From: an uncultured delta proteobacterium
GTDB lineage: Bacteria; Desulfobacterota; Desulfuromonadia; Desulfuromonadales; BM103
Assembly (NCBI GenBank): GCA_963715335.1
Contig: CAVQRZ010000012.1
Coordinates: 9,983 to 73,982, forward strand
Reading direction: 5' to 3'
DNA length: 64,000 bases
Shown piece after piece: positions 18,981 to 29,260 of this stretch; the stretch's first letter is position 1; every line of letters begins with the position of its first letter. A model generated the notes under the pieces. That model did no database searches. It was not told the DNA's origin and was given only the letters and a program-made list of their open reading frames with translations. The position numbers and the translations under genes were made by a program.

Positions 18981-21900
18981 TCAATGGTCAGTCCGTTCGA
19001 TACGCTTCAGCCGCCGCATCATTTCCTTGAAGGATATGGCCGGCGAGGAAATGATGACGTCAATCCTGGGTGGCAGCAGGCCCCCATCAACCAGGTACTG
19101 ATCAGACCCTTTCTTCGCTGTGCCCCGCAAGTAAAAAGCGTCGTTATGCAGTGAACATGTCATGCCTATTTTACGATAGCGGTAAAAATCGATAAAGCGA
19201 TAGATCCCCTGGGAGAGCACCGCTGACAGCCCCCCCTGGCTGAGGGTATTGAGGTTGCGGATTGCCTTGACGCTGATATTGCGGTGGCCGGATTCAGCGG
19301 TTTCGAAACTGGCTTCGAAAGCCGAGGGGATGCCGTCGAAAAGGCGCAGTTTCCGCACATGTCCTGACGCGACACCGTTCATCTCGCCGAAGGCAAAAGT
19401 GCGGGTCAGGGCATACAGGTCGATATCTTTGAAATCGATGTCGACGTGGTAGGTCGGATAGCGGGAAAAGGGCTTGATCACCTTGAGGTTTTGCAGGTGC
19501 AGCGTCCCGCCGAAGGCCTGTGCAGAAGCCTCTCCGGACGAGGTGATCTCCTTTTCACTGAAACGGATGCCGTCGAGTGAGGCGCTAAGGAGTCCTTCCA
19601 GTTCGGGCCAGCCAAACGCCCGGGAAACTTCTTGCAGGTCGACGGCCGAGAGACTCAGGGCCGCCTCGCCTTCTGGAACAAAGTCCTGCCAGGAGACTCG
19701 CAAGCTACTGAGGCGGGCCCTGCCGCCGGCGACGGCGATTTCAAGAGGACGGGTCGAACGCCAACCGTTGGTTCCAGCGAGAAGCTCCATTTCGCCGGCC
19801 GCCGACGGGATCAACGGAGTACTCAACTCATCCCAGGACAGATAGCCGGTGCGTTGTGGAGCCCCGGTTTCAGGCAGTGTTCCGGACTGCAAGATGATGG
19901 GCAGGTTGCCGCGCAGCCCGGACAGGGTGAGGGTCCGGTTGAATCCGACCGCGAGCCTTTCCGGATGCAGGTCCGCTTCGATACGCCAGCCATCTTCCTG
20001 CCAGTCGATCCGGATCTGCACTTTGAGTGCGCCGGCCAGGTCAACTCCCTTGAGCCCCGGGGCAAGCTCTCCGCCGAGGCGGTGCAAAGTCTCAAGGAAC
20101 CGCCCCGACAGTTGAGGCAGGGCCAGCTGGGCTACGGCCTCAGCGTCACGCGCCGAAAGCAGTCCCGTCAGCTCACTGGTTGCCAGTCCCGCCAGGTCAA
20201 AGTCGGCCCGGTCCAACTGCAGCAACATCTCCTGGTGCAACCAATGCCCCTGTACAGCGAAGGTCAGCGGCAGCCCACTGAGATTGCCATACCAGCTTCC
20301 GGCAAGAGCCTCGTCGAGTGACGCCTGCCCGCCCAGTTCGAGTGCGACGCCCTTTTCCGTCAAGCGCGACTGCCCTTTGAACGAGATTTGGCCACCGACT
20401 GCGACGAGAGTGCCATCGCTGTTGCTGTACTCGATATCCTGGAGGGACATGTCCCGGATCGTGAGCAACGGAGTTGCCGGAGCGCTCAGATCCAAGGCCA
20501 GTCGGGCCAGGAGGTTTCCGGCAACCCCTTGTCCGTGCAGACTGCCGGCCAGCTCCATATCCGGAAGCAGCACCCGCTTGTCCTGAACCTTCAGCCCGCC
20601 GGCCAGTCTCACTGCGCGCAGGGTTGGAATTTGTTCTCCGACAGGAAAGCCTGCGTCGGTGGCGAGCCCTTTCAGGTCGTCACACTGGATTTGCCAGTTG
20701 CCCTGCCAATTGCTTGCGGTCGGGTTGCCTGTGATATCGAGCGATGCTGTTGCCAACGGCCCGGTGCCTTGCCTGCCGGTGAGTTTGACATTCATCAGCG
20801 TCGCTTGAACGGACGGGTCTCGCCAACTGCCGTGCAAGTCGCCCGAGATACCCCCGGATTCCTGCCAGCCAACGCTGAAGCGGCCATCGGTGACCGCACC
20901 ACTGTCTCGGCCGGCAATGACACGGGCCGAGATAGTGAAGTCGTGTAGTTGCACCAACTGTCCGGGGAGGACGATGCCATAAGCTTCAGCCAGAGGGGCA
21001 GGATGTGGCACTGTAATCCCGAAGTGCCCTGTAAAGAGGTCGTCCTTCCAGGTTCCCCGGGCCTCGATCTGACCGGCCTCCATCAGGTCCAGGCGGGAAT
21101 CAATTCGCCATGTGTCGTTGACCTGTTCCAGGGCAACGCCAACAGATTGCCAGGGCCAATGGCGACCGGAGAGGAGAAGCTCCCCAGCGCCTGTCTTTAA
21201 TGTCAGGGTCAACTCTTCGTCGGCAAAGCGCAGGCCAACAACCGGTTCATTCACCCGCCACTTCAGTTCATCCGGCCAGGGAAGCGGTTGGTCAAAGGCC
21301 TGCAGGAGCTTTGCCGCATCGCTTCCGGAGAAATGCGGCAAGGCTATTTCAATCGCCAGGTCACCTGATGTGCCGGGGCGTATAGTCACCGCCTCCTGCA
21401 GCAACGGGATCCGGTCCCAGACAAGCTCTTCGAGGGTTACTTCCAGGCCGTTTTGCCAACGGCCCTGCCCGGCCAGGCTGATGTTAACGCCATCGCCTTG
21501 CCCGACTTTTGCAGAGGCTGCGAAATGCATGGCCTCAGCAAAGTTGCCGGTAGCAGCGAGTTCCTGCACAACATAACTCCTCTGCCCGGAGTTTATCTGC
21601 AACCCGCCGTCCTGAAGCGACCAGGCAGCAACAGTGAAAGGGATGCGGCTCGGTAGCGACAATTCTGGCGCCTCGTCGCGCTCTTCGGCCGCATCGATTT
21701 TTAGCGACACTTCTGGCTTCTCTACAACGATTCTTTCGATGCGCCGCTGCAGCAGACCACCTGCCGTGAACAGAACTCGCAGGTTCGCAATCCTGGTTTC
21801 TGCGTCCGACCGCACGAGATGGAGGCCCTGAAGTTCCGCCAGCCCCCATGACAGGGCCAATCGATCCAGGGTAACCTCACCGGTCAGGGCCAGGCCGAGC

Positions 21901-22025
21901 CGTTCCTCCAGCCAGGGGTGCAGCACGTTGCGGGTCAGAGGCTCTCTGGCCACCCATACCATGGTTGTCAGCAGTGCGACTCCAGCAAGAAAAATTGGCA
22001 GCAGATGGCGCAATCGAAACGACAT
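18981..22025 (-). CDS. YdbH/AsmA-like intermembrane bridge protein (1014 aa)
   Basis: N-terminal TM anchor, repetitive beta-rich body, C-terminal DIDL..LT..FAFGEMNG...GGLLPPRIDVI; upstream of YdbL-like gene. Confidence 0.72.
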   Translation of the reverse strand: MSFRLRHLLPIFLAGVALLTTMVWVAREPLTRNVLHPWLEERLGLALTGEVTLDRLALSWGLAELQGLHLVRSDAETRIANLRVLFTAGGLLQRRIERIVVEKPEVSLKIDAAEERDEAPELSLPSRIPFTVAAWSLQDGGLQINSGQRSYVVQELAATGNFAEAMHFAASAKVGQGDGVNISLAGQGRWQNGLEVTLEELVWDRIPLLQEAVTIRPGTSGDLAIEIALPHFSGSDAAKLLQAFDQPLPWPDELKWRVNEPVVGLRFADEELTLTLKTGAGELLLSGRHWPWQSVGVALEQVNDTWRIDSRLDLMEAGQIEARGTWKDDLFTGHFGITVPHPAPLAEAYGIVLPGQLVQLHDFTISARVIAGRDSGAVTDGRFSVGWQESGGISGDLHGSWRDPSVQATLMNVKLTGRQGTGPLATASLDITGNPTASNWQGNWQIQCDDLKGLATDAGFPVGEQIPTLRAVRLAGGLKVQDKRVLLPDMELAGSLHGQGVAGNLLARLALDLSAPATPLLTIRDMSLQDIEYSNSDGTLVAVGGQISFKGQSRLTEKGVALELGGQASLDEALAGSWYGNLSGLPLTFAVQGHWLHQEMLLQLDRADFDLAGLATSELTGLLSARDAEAVAQLALPQLSGRFLETLHRLGGELAPGLKGVDLAGALKVQIRIDWQEDGWRIEADLHPERLAVGFNRTLTLSGLRGNLPIILQSGTLPETGAPQRTGYLSWDELSTPLIPSAAGEMELLAGTNGWRSTRPLEIAVAGGRARLSSLRVSWQDFVPEGEAALSLSAVDLQEVSRAFGWPELEGLLSASLDGIRFSEKEITSSGEASAQAFGGTLHLQNLKVIKPFSRYPTYHVDIDFKDIDLYALTRTFAFGEMNGVASGHVRKLRLFDGIPSAFEASFETAESGHRNISVKAIRNLNTLSQGGLSAVLSQGIYRFIDFYRYRKIGMTCSLHNDAFYLRGTAKKGSDQYLVDGGLLPPRIDVIISSPAISFKEMMRRLKRIERTDH

Positions 22026-22299
22026 GAAACCTCTTCAAGAGAAGCGAAGGTGACCGATCTACATTTTACGCGCCAGATGGGGTTCTGTCGATTCAAAGTC
22101 TTTGCATGGGAACGGGTCTTGATATGGGAAAGGTCTTTATCCGCTGGAGTTATTCCCCTGGGCAGAAACATGGGCGGGTCGGAACAAAGATTGGACGGGC
22201 GGCTCCGCGGGGACCAAGGTGCCCCGGTTGGGGATAAGGGGCTTCCTTAGAAAAGGCAAGGTATCCGTCGGCATTTCTTGCAAAACAGGCATTGTTTTT

Positions 22300-22905
22300 T
22301 TAAGCGGAACTCCCCGGAGCCTGCCCCCTGTCTCGTGAGGTCTTCATGGCTACAGTAAATCCGTAAATCACAAAACATAGCGAAACCAGCTGTTGAATTG
22401 ACAGCATGGGTTTGTGCTGAAGAAACATCAACGCAGCCATGCTGACGTTCATCAGCATAAAGAAGAGCCATCCATATGGATTTTTCTTTGCCAGCAGGTA
22501 GCTTCCAAGCAGGAAGCCGATCATGACCCCGACTTCCAGTATCTGCGAACCGGAGGTAATCCCTCCGTAATCATACAGACTGTAACCGACTCCAAAGAGC
22601 AGGGCTGAGTAGGTGAACAGGGAGGTTATGAAATCCAGAGGTTTGCTGGGTGAACCGCTATTTTTACAGGCGTTGAGCAGGCCAAACAGCATCGCAGGGA
22701 CTCCGCCTGCTTCTATGGAAGCCGCGATCCAGTCATGCTTGCTGACAAGAATGATGACCCACGCCGGGACCCCCAGGAGATAGACAGTCCAACCAAGGAT
22801 TCTCAGTTTTCGTTTGATCGCCTCTTGCCGGCCTTCTGCGAGAGCAAAAAAGACCTTGTTGAGAAGATAAAGACCTCCGCCCCAGGCCTGTAAAAACAGA
22901 TCCAT
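22300..22905 (-). CDS. Membrane protein with two similar halves, PnuC-like (tentative)
   Basis: About 6-7 TM segments; repeated GW(T/L)..L motifs (LGWTVYLLG / YGWLFFMLM). Confidence 0.55.
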   Translation of the reverse strand: MDLFLQAWGGGLYLLNKVFFALAEGRQEAIKRKLRILGWTVYLLGVPAWVIILVSKHDWIAASIEAGGVPAMLFGLLNACKNSGSPSKPLDFITSLFTYSALLFGVGYSLYDYGGITSGSQILEVGVMIGFLLGSYLLAKKNPYGWLFFMLMNVSMAALMFLQHKPMLSIQQLVSLCFVIYGFTVAMKTSRDRGQAPGSSA

Positions 22906-23064
22906 CACATATCCAATTGCTAATTAAGCCAGTTGCCCGGCCAAGGTGACCCCTCTGCCATGAAAAGTACCTGGTGGCGCCCGGGGTTCACAAGCAAGAG
23001 CGACCCCGGGGAGGTCGCTCTGAGTTGTTTCGGTGCCCGGACGTGGCCCACATCGTTGGAGATG

Positions 23065-23676
23065 CTATTGCAGAATCCGGCTCTCCTCCATTTTCTCAAC
23101 GATCGTCGGAATCAACAGGTTAACCGCTTTCTCTGCGGACTCGTCGACTTTGATTTGCGAGAGGTAAGACCAGACAGGCTTTTGGCCTTCCACATCATAG
23201 AGCTTCGTGGAAATAATGAACAAATTTGAATCGTATTCCCTGTTGTATGAATACCCGTAACTGTATCCGTACCAGCCGCCATCGTAAACAGCCACGCCTC
23301 CCAGGACAACCCCTCCATACTGGTGGTTCGTGATCTCCGTCTTGCCGATCGAGCGCGCCACCAGTACGCTGTCAACGCCAAGCTCCCTGACTTTAGCCTC
23401 GATAGCTTCCCGATCGGGGGCTGCCCCCGGGTTTGGCAAGACCTTGTATCCGGGGATGGCCTCGACCCCGCGCTTGGTCAGCTGGTTGAAGAGTACGTTT
23501 TCAGCATGTCTGCGGACATTCTCCCGTTGAGCGAGAACAATCAACAGGATTTTCTCGGGCGGTTTGGTGTAAGCCTCGTCCTTCCAGACTTCCAGAGTTT
23601 TGATCGGAGCGCAAGAGGCCGTCAGCATTACGAGCAGCAGGCAAAGAAAGGGTCCACGTATTTTGAGGGAGTTCAC
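23065..23676 (-). CDS. Lipoprotein of unknown function (DUF4136-like)
   Basis: GTG start; lipobox TASC; WKD..Y, GVDSVLVAR, Y/G-rich loop, LYD...VWS; similar to 42154-42789. Confidence 0.7.
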   Translation of the reverse strand: MNSLKIRGPFLCLLLVMLTASCAPIKTLEVWKDEAYTKPPEKILLIVLAQRENVRRHAENVLFNQLTKRGVEAIPGYKVLPNPGAAPDREAIEAKVRELGVDSVLVARSIGKTEITNHQYGGVVLGGVAVYDGGWYGYSYGYSYNREYDSNLFIISTKLYDVEGQKPVWSYLSQIKVDESAEKAVNLLIPTIVEKMEESRILQ

Positions 23677-23923
23677 GTTGTTCTTCCTTTAATATCAGGT
23701 TTGAAATAACTTCAGGGTTGCTTTTATAGCGAATTCATTCGGCCGGCAACAGTCGCATTGAACCAGAAAAGCCCCCAAAGGGAAACCATTTTATCAGAAA
23801 TTATTTCTATTTATTGTTTGGCACAGGCAAGACAGCATCATCGATAGCTTCTCCTGTTATCACAGGAGGACCCGGAGTAAGATGAGGGCCAAATTCAGGG
23901 GAAGCCGAAAAGGGCTCAAGCAG

Positions 23924-24337
23924 TCAGAGCCCCTCCCGTTCCCGCTTTAAATATTGCCCCATATCCATATCTGTCTTTCTTATGTGATCAACCAGCCAGT
24001 CGAGAAAAGAGCGGTTAAAGCCGGCCAACAGACTTATGGAGGGCCCTTGCTTGGAGAGCTGACTTTGAAACGCGTGAACTTTGCCGGTTAATTCCCGATG
24101 TTCTTTGATGTGGGCCTGTTTGCCGGGATAATCGGATTGGGCCATCAATTTCTCTTCCATACGAAAATGGCTTTCCACGTATCGCCCGAGAAAACCAAGC
24201 ATGTCAGTCAGGCTCTCCTGCCCTTTGCCTGCCTTGCAGGCACTCCGGAACTCATCGTACTTGGCGAATATCTCCTGATGTTGCCTGTCGATCGGATCAA
24301 TGCCTATGGATAAATCTTCAGACCACTCTAATGCCAT
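23924..24337 (-). CDS. Bacteriohemerythrin (single domain)
   Basis: WSEDLSIGI..IDRQH, HF..EE, H..EH, WLVDHI..TD iron ligands; AGGAG RBS. Confidence 0.93.
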   Translation of the reverse strand: MALEWSEDLSIGIDPIDRQHQEIFAKYDEFRSACKAGKGQESLTDMLGFLGRYVESHFRMEEKLMAQSDYPGKQAHIKEHRELTGKVHAFQSQLSKQGPSISLLAGFNRSFLDWLVDHIRKTDMDMGQYLKREREGL

Positions 24338-24591
24338 TGCGTTCTCCTGTTGCTATTGGACGCGCAGAGATCAAAGGCCTTGATTTGCCAGCCAATTGAT
24401 AGCCGTCGGCCTGCCCATTTTGTGCGTCCATCCATGCTCACGACTATGTGCTGTTTTCGATAACCAGACAAGCCTTTAATTGTTTCAGCCAGAAGCTATC
24501 AGTTTAGCCGCCCCTCCTTTTGCCGACAAGGAAAGTGTTGAAATCGCCGGGACCAGTGACTGGGAGTCTGGGAGGGCGAAGCATGTAAGAG

Positions 24592-24619
24592 AAAAGCCCC
24601 AACTCTGGGAGTTGGGGCT
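24592..24619 (-). terminator. Intrinsic terminator after the Zn-ribbon/small-ORF pair
   Basis: AGCCCCAACTC-N3-GAGTTGGGGCT stem with U-tract on the minus strand. Confidence 0.7.
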
Positions 24620-24688
24620 CACTGTAAATCCTGACGGACAACTGGTCGCAATTGATTTCGATTTACTCTCGAGACCTATATTCGACGA

Positions 24689-24865
24689 TCATCTGATTGC
24701 TCCTGTTCGTGAATTATTCTCCGACACTTCACCGCGCAACCGCTTGTTCGGAGGACTCGGTTCTTCATCCTTGCTGAAGCGTTCAAGGAATCGTTTGTAC
24801 TCCGCCGCATCGGCGTAGTCATCGATCTCGATGCCGGAATTTTGCACGCACCATAAATCTTCCAT
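24689..24865 (-). CDS. Small hypothetical protein (58 aa; not in ORF track)
   Basis: AAAGGGG RBS-like, then MEDLWCVQNSGIEIDDYADAAEYKRFLERFSKDEEPSPPNKRLRGEVSENNSRTGAIR; between the Zn-ribbon gene and the terminator. Confidence 0.55.
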   Translation of the reverse strand: MEDLWCVQNSGIEIDDYADAAEYKRFLERFSKDEEPSPPNKRLRGEVSENNSRTGAIR

Positions 24866-24897
24866 GTCACAGCCCCTTTAATATGCAGGAAAGTCTT

Positions 24898-25281
24898 TCA
24901 GATAAAAACATAGTCATCTGCTTCAACCAGGGCAGAAGTAGCGCTGAGAAAAGACCCGGCTTGTGAGTCCTTTACAACTTCTATCTGGTCGTGTGCAGAA
25001 GAACAGATCGTTCCGCAGTTGACGCATTCCAGAATTTCTTCGTGAAATTGGAAAGCATCCAGATCTGTCTCAATGCACAACACCGACTTGCATGTGGGAC
25101 AGTTAAAATCTGCATACACCTGCACTCTTTTGTTGAGCTTTTGCTTGATGATTTTTGGGCCGTTCCCGGAAAGCGCCCAGAGTGTTCCGCAGTCACCGCA
25201 CTCGCATACATCCTGGGCATATCCGTCGGCGTGCAAATCAATTTCAATGTGTCCTTTGTTGCTGCAAGATGGGCAGTTCAT
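24898..25281 (-). CDS. Tandem double Zn-ribbon (4x CxxC) small protein
   Basis: CPSC...CGDC and CPTC...CVNC repeats with matching IEIDLHADG / IETDLDAFQ; AAGGAG RBS; TTGACA box at 25386-25381. Confidence 0.8.
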   Translation of the reverse strand: MNCPSCSNKGHIEIDLHADGYAQDVCECGDCGTLWALSGNGPKIIKQKLNKRVQVYADFNCPTCKSVLCIETDLDAFQFHEEILECVNCGTICSSAHDQIEVVKDSQAGSFLSATSALVEADDYVFI

Positions 25282-25952
25282 GATCTTCTCCTTCTGTGTG
25301 TGGACAGGTTTCTGCTGTCTGTTATCTTAAGGGATAATAAATAACACAAGTGATGTCAATTATCGTCGAAAGAGAGCTCATGTCAAGCAAAAAGATTTAA
25401 ATTATCTATATTTATCAATAGCTTAGATGATTTTGTGTTTTACTCTATAGACAGGGGGTCTATTTTTTTTCAAGACGCCAGAAGAGGAAATGATTAAACA
25501 GTGCCTAACAAACTGAAATTGATTGGAAATCCGATTTAAAAACGGGGTTTCGCAAATTTGATATTTTATTCCATCAATGGTCAACAAGATAACGACAGGG
25601 GAATGCGGGCCTCGGGGGGAGGACGAACGTCGAAAGCAAAGAGCCCGCCGGGGAGAGCCATGACATTATGAAAGGGGCTGGTCGGAATGACTGAGTTTTT
25701 CGTATGTGGCCTCTATGGAGGGACTAATACGGCCGCATTTATCCGGATATCGGGTTGCACTGTAGGGCCCTTTTGGTCTGATCCAGCGGTCGTCATACCT
25801 CCTGACGTTTTGGCTGGACCTGCCCAGCAACTGGTGAGACGAGAATGAGGAAGGAGACAAAAAGTGCCTGTTGAATTACATTCCGTGAGTCAAATGCTCT
25901 ATAATGAACAAAACGTCTCATTGCCTGGCGTTCAAACATAGGGGCAAAAATC

Positions 25953-26840
25953 GTGAAAGAAATCATCCCTTGGCTGATAGATATAGAATCATCGGCTGCC
26001 AAACTTTATGCGGAGGCAGCAGTTGCTTTTCGTGAGGACGAAGGCTTCTGCCGATTTTTGTCCCAGATGTCTGCAGAAGAAAAAGAGCACGAAAAGTTAT
26101 TGCAGCAGGCCAGGTCCGCGACCTCGGATAAAGAGATAAAGTCTGCATGCTTTTACTTTGATGACCATTTTCGTGGGAAAATTGAGGCCCCTTTTATTCG
26201 TGCTTGGCGGCTGTTGAAAGACGGCGAGTTGACCAAAACCGCCATGATTGACATTCTTGCAGAGGCAGAGTTTTCCGAATGGAATGAACTCTTCCTCTAC
26301 ATCCTGGACGCCTTGAAGGTTTTGGATAAAGATGTGCAAAAGGCCGTCTCAGATATCAACCAGCATAGAAAACGCATCCAGGAATTCATTCTATCGTTAC
26401 CCGGTGGGGACAGTCTCATCCAAAGGGTCCGCAGACTGGCCCATGCTGGCAGCAAGCGTGTTCTGATCGTTGAAGACAACAATGCCGTTGCCCGTATGCT
26501 TGAGGCTTTGGCTGCGGATAATGTCGAGGTGGTCATCGCCCATGACGGCCTGGAGGGTCTTTTGCACATCCAGCAAGGATATTTTGACCTGATTGTTTCA
26601 GACATTGAGATACCGGAAATGAACGGCATTGAAATGTACAACCAGGCTCTGGCGATGGACCCTGCTCTGTATCGTAGATTCATTTTCTTCACCGGTACGG
26701 AAAATCCAGAGTATCTAAATTTTGTCAGGGACTCGCTAGCCTTGCTGCTGCCAAAACCGTCTCCAGTCAAGCTGATATGCGAAATGATGAATGAGGTGCT
26801 GAACTCAGCTCCCGTTCCAAAGGACACCACAATCCATTGA
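25953..26840 (+). CDS. Ferritin/rubrerythrin-like domain fused to a receiver domain
   Basis: IE..AAKLY...EEKEH diiron-type motif; REC LIVED...LIVSDIEIPEMNG...FTG...KP. Confidence 0.8.
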   Translation: MKEIIPWLIDIESSAAKLYAEAAVAFREDEGFCRFLSQMSAEEKEHEKLLQQARSATSDKEIKSACFYFDDHFRGKIEAPFIRAWRLLKDGELTKTAMIDILAEAEFSEWNELFLYILDALKVLDKDVQKAVSDINQHRKRIQEFILSLPGGDSLIQRVRRLAHAGSKRVLIVEDNNAVARMLEALAADNVEVVIAHDGLEGLLHIQQGYFDLIVSDIEIPEMNGIEMYNQALAMDPALYRRFIFFTGTENPEYLNFVRDSLALLLPKPSPVKLICEMMNEVLNSAPVPKDTTIH

Positions 26841-26945
26841 AGGGGGTTGACCTGGCCTTACCTCGAACGCTGCTCTCTGTGTATTGGGCGAAGGTCTTCG
26901 GGGCAGTGAAGATTGGCCTGCCCTTGCGGACAGACTGGGTTCTGG

Positions 26946-27929
26946 TCAGCCACCAATCCCGTGCATCCGCCGGCTGGGTGCCTGGAAATCGCTGGCATTG
27001 ATCCGGTGCTTTTCCGGTTTGGCGCAGGCGGCCATCAGCAGCAACTCTTCCAGAGCCTTATCATCTGAGTCGCCGCGCAGTACCGGCTTGAGGTCGGTCT
27101 CGTAGTTATCAAACAGGCAACCGCGCACCCGACCATCAGCCATCACCCGCAAACGGTTGCAGTCCGCGCAAAAATGACCGGATACTGACGGGATCAGGCC
27201 GATCCGGCCCCTGGCTTGCGGCAAACGGTACATATACGCAGGGCCGGATGAGTCCTGCTGGGGGGGAAGGAGTTCCAGATCACCGATCGCGAGGAGACGC
27301 TCCTTGATCTCTTGCATCGGCAACCCGTCGCCTGAAGCGTAATCAAGGTCTCCACTGATCGGCATGAACTCGATGAACCGGACATCCCATGGATGCTCAA
27401 TGGTCAGACGGGCAAAATCAACAATTTCGTCGGCATTGAAGGCCCGGAATGGAATCATGTTGATCTTGACCGGCAGCAAGCCGGCCTGCTCGGCGGCATG
27501 AATTCCGGTCAGCACCCGTTCCAGACCGGGACGCCGGGTCAACTTCAGAAAACGTTCCGGCTTGAGTGTATCAAGGCTGACATTAACCCTTGATAGCCCA
27601 GCCTCATGCAAGGCTTCGGCGTGCTCTGCCAGCAGCAGTCCGTTCGTCGTCAGGACGACTTCCGGCTGCCCTGGCAGGGCGACCAGCCGGGCGATGAAAG
27701 CATCGATGCCACGCCTGACCAGAGGCTCGCCGCCGGTTACACGGATCTTGCGAATCCCGAGCCTGCAGGCGGCCGCGGCAACCCGCAGCATTTCCTCGTA
27801 TCGCAACACTTCACCGTGGGCGATATCCGTCACACCCTCTTCGGGCATGCAATAGCGGCAACGCAGGTTGCAGCGATCAGTCACCGAAAGGCGCAGATAC
27901 TCTATAGTTCGCCCGAAATGGTCTCGCAC
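26946..27929 (-). CDS. moaA: GTP 3',8-cyclase
   Basis: YLRLSVTDRCNLRCRYCMP, TGGEP, FCADCNRLR...GCLF, C-terminal IGG. Confidence 0.96.
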   Translation of the reverse strand: MRDHFGRTIEYLRLSVTDRCNLRCRYCMPEEGVTDIAHGEVLRYEEMLRVAAAACRLGIRKIRVTGGEPLVRRGIDAFIARLVALPGQPEVVLTTNGLLLAEHAEALHEAGLSRVNVSLDTLKPERFLKLTRRPGLERVLTGIHAAEQAGLLPVKINMIPFRAFNADEIVDFARLTIEHPWDVRFIEFMPISGDLDYASGDGLPMQEIKERLLAIGDLELLPPQQDSSGPAYMYRLPQARGRIGLIPSVSGHFCADCNRLRVMADGRVRGCLFDNYETDLKPVLRGDSDDKALEELLLMAACAKPEKHRINASDFQAPSRRMHGIGG

Positions 27930-28004
27930 GGGGCATCCTTGTCGGTCCGGAACTGTGCCTTGAGGGAGCAGCGGAGAGGTATCGAACAGTGTCGGGAGAG
28001 CATC

Positions 28005-29072
28005 TCACTGACGTTTCTTCGGCAGATAAGGTTCAAAGGCCTTTTTGTCGAGCGCGCAGCGGTAGGCTTCTTCGCCACTGATGTGCTTGGCCTTGAGGAG
28101 TTCAAGAATATGCTGGTCCATCAGCTGCATGCCGTCACCCTTGGCGGTTTGCATGATCGTCGGGACCTGGAAGGTTTTGCCTTCGCGGATCAGGTTGGCG
28201 ACAGCCGCATTGCAGATCAGGATCTCCAGGGCGGCAACGCGGCCATTGCCGTCGGCCTTGCGCAGCAGCTGCTGGCAAACAACGCCCTTGAGGCTTTCCC
28301 CGAGCATGGTGCGCACCTGCTCCTGGGTATCCTTGGGGAAGGCATCGATGATCCGGTCGATGGTTTTCGGTGCCGAATTGGTGTGCAGGGTCCCGAACAC
28401 CAGGTGTCCGGTTTCCGCGGCGGTCAGCGCCAGTGAGATCGTCTCCAGGTCTCGCATCTCGCCGACCAGGATGACGTCCGGATCCTCGCGCAGGGCGGCG
28501 CGCAGGGCGTTCGCAAAAGAGTGGGAATGCTGGCCGATCTGGCGCTGGTTCAAAAGAGAGAGCTGGTTCTCATGAATAAACTCGAGCGGGTCCTCGAGGG
28601 TCAGGATGTGCTCGCGGCGGGTACTGTTGATCAGGTCGATCATCGCGGCAAGGGTTGTAGACTTACCGCTCCCGGTCGGTCCGGTGACCAAGACCAACCC
28701 CTTTTTCAGCATGGTCAGCTTACGAATCCCTTCCGGCAGACCGAGCTGATCAGCGGTCAGAACCTTACTCGGAATAATCCGGAAAACAGCAGCGACTCCC
28801 CGATGGGTCTCCATCAGGTTGCCGCGAAAACGGGCTACTTCGGGCAGGGCGTAGGCAAAATCCAGATCATGGGTTGCCTCGAACGCCTCGTGCTGCTCCC
28901 TGGTCAGAATCTCAAACAGCAAGCCACGGGCCTGCTGATCGGACAGGGGAGGATAATTGAGCTTCTCCATCACGCCGTTCAAGCGGAACAGGGGCGGCGC
29001 ACCGGTAGAGATATGCAGGTCGCTTGCGCCCTGTTGCTTCATCATTTTGAACAGCGAGTCAATTTTGGCCAT
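28005..29072 (-). CDS. pilT: Type IV pilus retraction ATPase paralogue
   Basis: ASDLH, GPTGSGKSTT, EDPLE, LREDPDVILVGEMRD, TLHT, ANLIREGK. Confidence 0.92.
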   Translation of the reverse strand: MAKIDSLFKMMKQQGASDLHISTGAPPLFRLNGVMEKLNYPPLSDQQARGLLFEILTREQHEAFEATHDLDFAYALPEVARFRGNLMETHRGVAAVFRIIPSKVLTADQLGLPEGIRKLTMLKKGLVLVTGPTGSGKSTTLAAMIDLINSTRREHILTLEDPLEFIHENQLSLLNQRQIGQHSHSFANALRAALREDPDVILVGEMRDLETISLALTAAETGHLVFGTLHTNSAPKTIDRIIDAFPKDTQEQVRTMLGESLKGVVCQQLLRKADGNGRVAALEILICNAAVANLIREGKTFQVPTIMQTAKGDGMQLMDQHILELLKAKHISGEEAYRCALDKKAFEPYLPKKRQ

Positions 29073-29260
29073 CGGCGCTCTCGAAAGTCATAATTTTCCA
29101 GATTAATCTACAGAGTAGACTGCCGATCATTCTTGCAGATGGCCATTTGAAAAGTCAAGTTGATTGCCGACCCCGGGTGGGCTGGATTCAAACTTGATAA
29201 CCGCGGTAACATTGTGGTATCAAGCTCGCCTTGTACAAACATGAAACAATGGAGATGCCA

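Noticed and set aside
25712..25805. 27-aa minus-strand ORF preceded by AGGAGG
   Set aside because: RBS is only 1 nt from the ATG; no other support
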